Source: an uncultured virus (IMG/VR IMGVR_UViG_3300044451_000218)
Taxonomy: Duplodnaviria > Heunggongvirae > Uroviricota > Caudoviricetes
Reading direction: 5' to 3' (one strand)
Virus record (IMG/VR): IMGVR_UViG_3300044451_000218
Length of the DNA: 64,000 bases
Shown: positions 61,639 through 64,000 of the stretch, in pieces
How positions within the stretch are numbered: the first letter of the stretch is position 1
How the letters are laid out: every line of letters starts with the position of its first letter
The notes under the pieces: generated by a model
What the model was told of the DNA's origin: nothing
What the model saw: only the letters and a program-made list of their open reading frames with translations
The model's database searches: none
Translations under genes and position numbers: made by a program

Positions 61639-63150
61639 ATGGCTACGCTCAGAAATGTGTTCCTCGGCATGTCGCAAATTACGCACTACGGTGCGGGACT
61701 TCCGAATCGCGACAAGAGCGGTGTGTACAAACATATCCCCGTGGGCAACGTGGATCGCGGGATGGTGTCGCCACAGTGCCGCCGTCAGCACGTTCGTGAA
61801 GAGATCGTCAAGCGTATGCCGCACCTCGAACTTTCCGACCAGACGCGGCACTACCCAGACATCCTCATCCCGATGTTGACAGACACGTCCGATAAATTCG
61901 GCGGCGTCGCGTTGACCGAATCGGAAGCAAATGTGGTCATGCAGTATTTCCGCACCCTGCTACAGAAGAAGACCCGCGAAACGAAAAACGGTCGTTCAAA
62001 CGCCACCTACAAACATTGGCCGGACTCCATGCGACTGGTGGCTGCGGCATGTCGAAAAATCAAAGAGAATGGCGGGCAACAATGGTCCGACATTTCCACC
62101 CCGTCATCCACCATCGTCATCGAGAACATTCTCGCCGATCTGGGGCTTGAGAAACAGGACAAAAACGATGACGATGATGATGACAAGAAAGATCCCGAAC
62201 TGGAAGCCACTCGCAACCGAATCCTCAAAGAACTCCCCGGCCGCATGGAGGCCGCGAAGATCGGTTACGATCAAGGTAACGAATTGAAGGCACTCGTTAT
62301 CGCCATCCGCGATAACGTGCCGCAAGAGCAGCCGGAACAAGCGGAGAAAATCGAGAAGCCCAACCAGAAGCCTCAAGCCGGTGGCAAGAGGGGTGCCAAG
62401 AAGACCGTCGAAACCAGCGGACTGGATGAAATTCGCGATAATTTCAAGAAAGCCTTGCTCGCAGAGACGAGCAAAATCAAGGGCAAGAAAATGCTTCGGC
62501 TTTCTGACTGGTGTGTGCCGCCATTCGACGTAGCCCTGTTCGGCAACATGCCCAACGAGAACCTCCACCGGCAGGTTACGCCCGCCATGAACAACACGGC
62601 GGCTATCTCAGTCAACCCGTTGGCCCCGGTCACCGTTTTCAATACCATCGTTGATACCAAACGGCCGGAATCGAACATGGTGCCGGATCAGAGCTACATG
62701 TACGACGCCGTTATGTACTCGTTCGACATGCTTGACTCCAACCAGTTGTTCCAGAACATGGAGCGAGAGGCCACGGTCGCAGAAGTCGAAGCACTGATCG
62801 CGTCGTTCATCGAGTCACTGCCCGGTGCCAAACGCGGCACCTCGGCGATCAATTCGCCGCCGATTCTCGTATCAATCGTGCTGTCGGAGTACAACCAACT
62901 GTGTTGCGAACGCGCCTTCGTAGAGGCAATCAATACGCAAACGGATGATGTTTCACGCATCGCCACCGAACGGCTGTACGGTTTCATGCAGAAGAACCAA
63001 GAACAGTGGGAACCTCTCGATACGTTCGTCTACTCGGTCGATCCCGTACCAGAGAAACTCAAAGCCCGAACCTACCGCAACACGCGGAAGTTCGCGCGAG
63101 CCGTCGCCGAACGCTACGTTGAACTGCGTTGTAGCGTGACCAAGAAGTAA
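61639..63150 (+). CDS. cas7e: Type I-E Cas7 (Cse4/CasC) with a large charged insertion
   Basis: PNRDKSG..K...RGMVSPQCRRQHVR; FDVALFGNM; AISVN; LPGAKRGTSA. Confidence 0.88.
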   Translation: MATLRNVFLGMSQITHYGAGLPNRDKSGVYKHIPVGNVDRGMVSPQCRRQHVREEIVKRMPHLELSDQTRHYPDILIPMLTDTSDKFGGVALTESEANVVMQYFRTLLQKKTRETKNGRSNATYKHWPDSMRLVAAACRKIKENGGQQWSDISTPSSTIVIENILADLGLEKQDKNDDDDDDKKDPELEATRNRILKELPGRMEAAKIGYDQGNELKALVIAIRDNVPQEQPEQAEKIEKPNQKPQAGGKRGAKKTVETSGLDEIRDNFKKALLAETSKIKGKKMLRLSDWCVPPFDVALFGNMPNENLHRQVTPAMNNTAAISVNPLAPVTVFNTIVDTKRPESNMVPDQSYMYDAVMYSFDMLDSNQLFQNMEREATVAEVEALIASFIESLPGAKRGTSAINSPPILVSIVLSEYNQLCCERAFVEAINTQTDDVSRIATERLYGFMQKNQEQWEPLDTFVYSVDPVPEKLKARTYRNTRKFARAVAERYVELRCSVTKK

Positions 63151-63203
63151 AACGAAGACCACATTTCCCGATTTATCGGGAGTCACCAATAAAGGTCCAA
63201 GAC

Positions 63204-64000
63204 ATGAGCGTCATCAAACTGTTTTTGGCCGGCTCACGACAGTGTTACGGACTCGAAAATATCGGCCAAACCAAGCCGTGGCCGACCAAAAGCGCCGTCG
63301 CTGGCATCGTGGCAAATGCGCTCGGCCTCGACTACAAAGACACGACCGAATTCCTCAAAGATTTCAATAAGACCAAAGTACACGTTCGCGTGGACTCTCC
63401 CGGTTCTATCTGCGAAGACTTCCAAGTCGCCACCGGGTTTGGTGATGCAAACGGCCGCGCCCGCACAATGAAGGAAAAGGTTGCTTACGTCGATAACGGG
63501 GTCGTTAAAGAATATAACGCCCCGAAAAAAACCATGTTTACACCCACATACCTCTGCGATGCGAGGTTCATGGTTTTTATCGAAGGCCGACGCGAGGTTC
63601 TCGAAACTTGGGTCGCCGATCTCGAACGGCCCAAACGTCCCCTTTATCTCGGACGGTCGTCATGCCTCCCAAGTGAAAACATCTTCGTGTCCCACGAGGA
63701 CCGAGACATTCAGGAACTGATCGAGAACAGTGTACTCGAACTACTGCCGGGAACCAAATACGAGGGTCAAAAAACACTCAATACGATCATGGAAGTCCAG
63801 AGTGGCGGGTACTTCATCCGAGATGTCGTTCTTACGTTCAAACCGAGCCACACACACGGTTCACGAATGGTTGTTCAAAAGCCAGTGGTCGTGAAAAATG
63901 TTGTCCCGTGGCTGCAAGGCGTGGGCCTTTCCGGGCGAAGAAATCGTCCGAGTAAAAAGGCACGCGATGAACGCCTTTCATATGACAACAATCGTTGCGT
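63204..64000 (+). CDS. cas5e: Type I-E Cas5 (CasD) with C-terminal extension resembling an HNH start; runs off the right edge (absent from ORF track)
   Basis: Manual translation: WPTKSAVAGIVANALG, VRVDSPG..EDFQ, YLCDARF, PKRPLYLGRSSCLPS; still open at SKKARDERLSYDNNRC. Confidence 0.88.
   Translation, partial: MSVIKLFLAGSRQCYGLENIGQTKPWPTKSAVAGIVANALGLDYKDTTEFLKDFNKTKVHVRVDSPGSICEDFQVATGFGDANGRARTMKEKVAYVDNGVVKEYNAPKKTMFTPTYLCDARFMVFIEGRREVLETWVADLERPKRPLYLGRSSCLPSENIFVSHEDRDIQELIENSVLELLPGTKYEGQKTLNTIMEVQSGGYFIRDVVLTFKPSHTHGSRMVVQKPVVVKNVVPWLQGVGLSGRRNRPSKKARDERLSYDNNRC

Noticed and set aside
1..64000. Genome-wide TAG recoding; canonical CRISPR array
   Set aside because: Long genes are intact under code 11 and several end at TAG next to the following gene; no run of three or more regular repeats with unique ~30-nt spacers was found

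Overview
Gene-dense, mostly plus-strand segment of what is most likely a huge (jumbo) bacteriophage genome. It holds many short hypothetical ORFs, phage sigma factors, HNH endonucleases, a T4 gp21-like protease homologue, an intein-containing UvrD-like helicase and a SNF2 helicase. It also carries a translation toolkit: an amber (CUA) suppressor tRNA, SmpB, a Pth2-like peptidyl-tRNA hydrolase whose gene is interrupted by an in-frame TAG, a shortened ArgRS-like protein, YqeY, a SpoU methylase and an RNase Z-like MBL hydrolase. The right end encodes an unusual type I-E CRISPR effector module: a short Cas8e apparently fused to Cas11, an enlarged Cas7, and Cas5e running into an HNH-like extension. 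No cas3, cas1/2, cas6 or CRISPR array is visible in the window. Other notable items are a ~630-nt and a ~150-nt structured intergenic RNA candidate, three recurring promoter-like motif classes, and several frameshifted or chimeric genes. All family calls come from motif recognition by eye; no searches were run.
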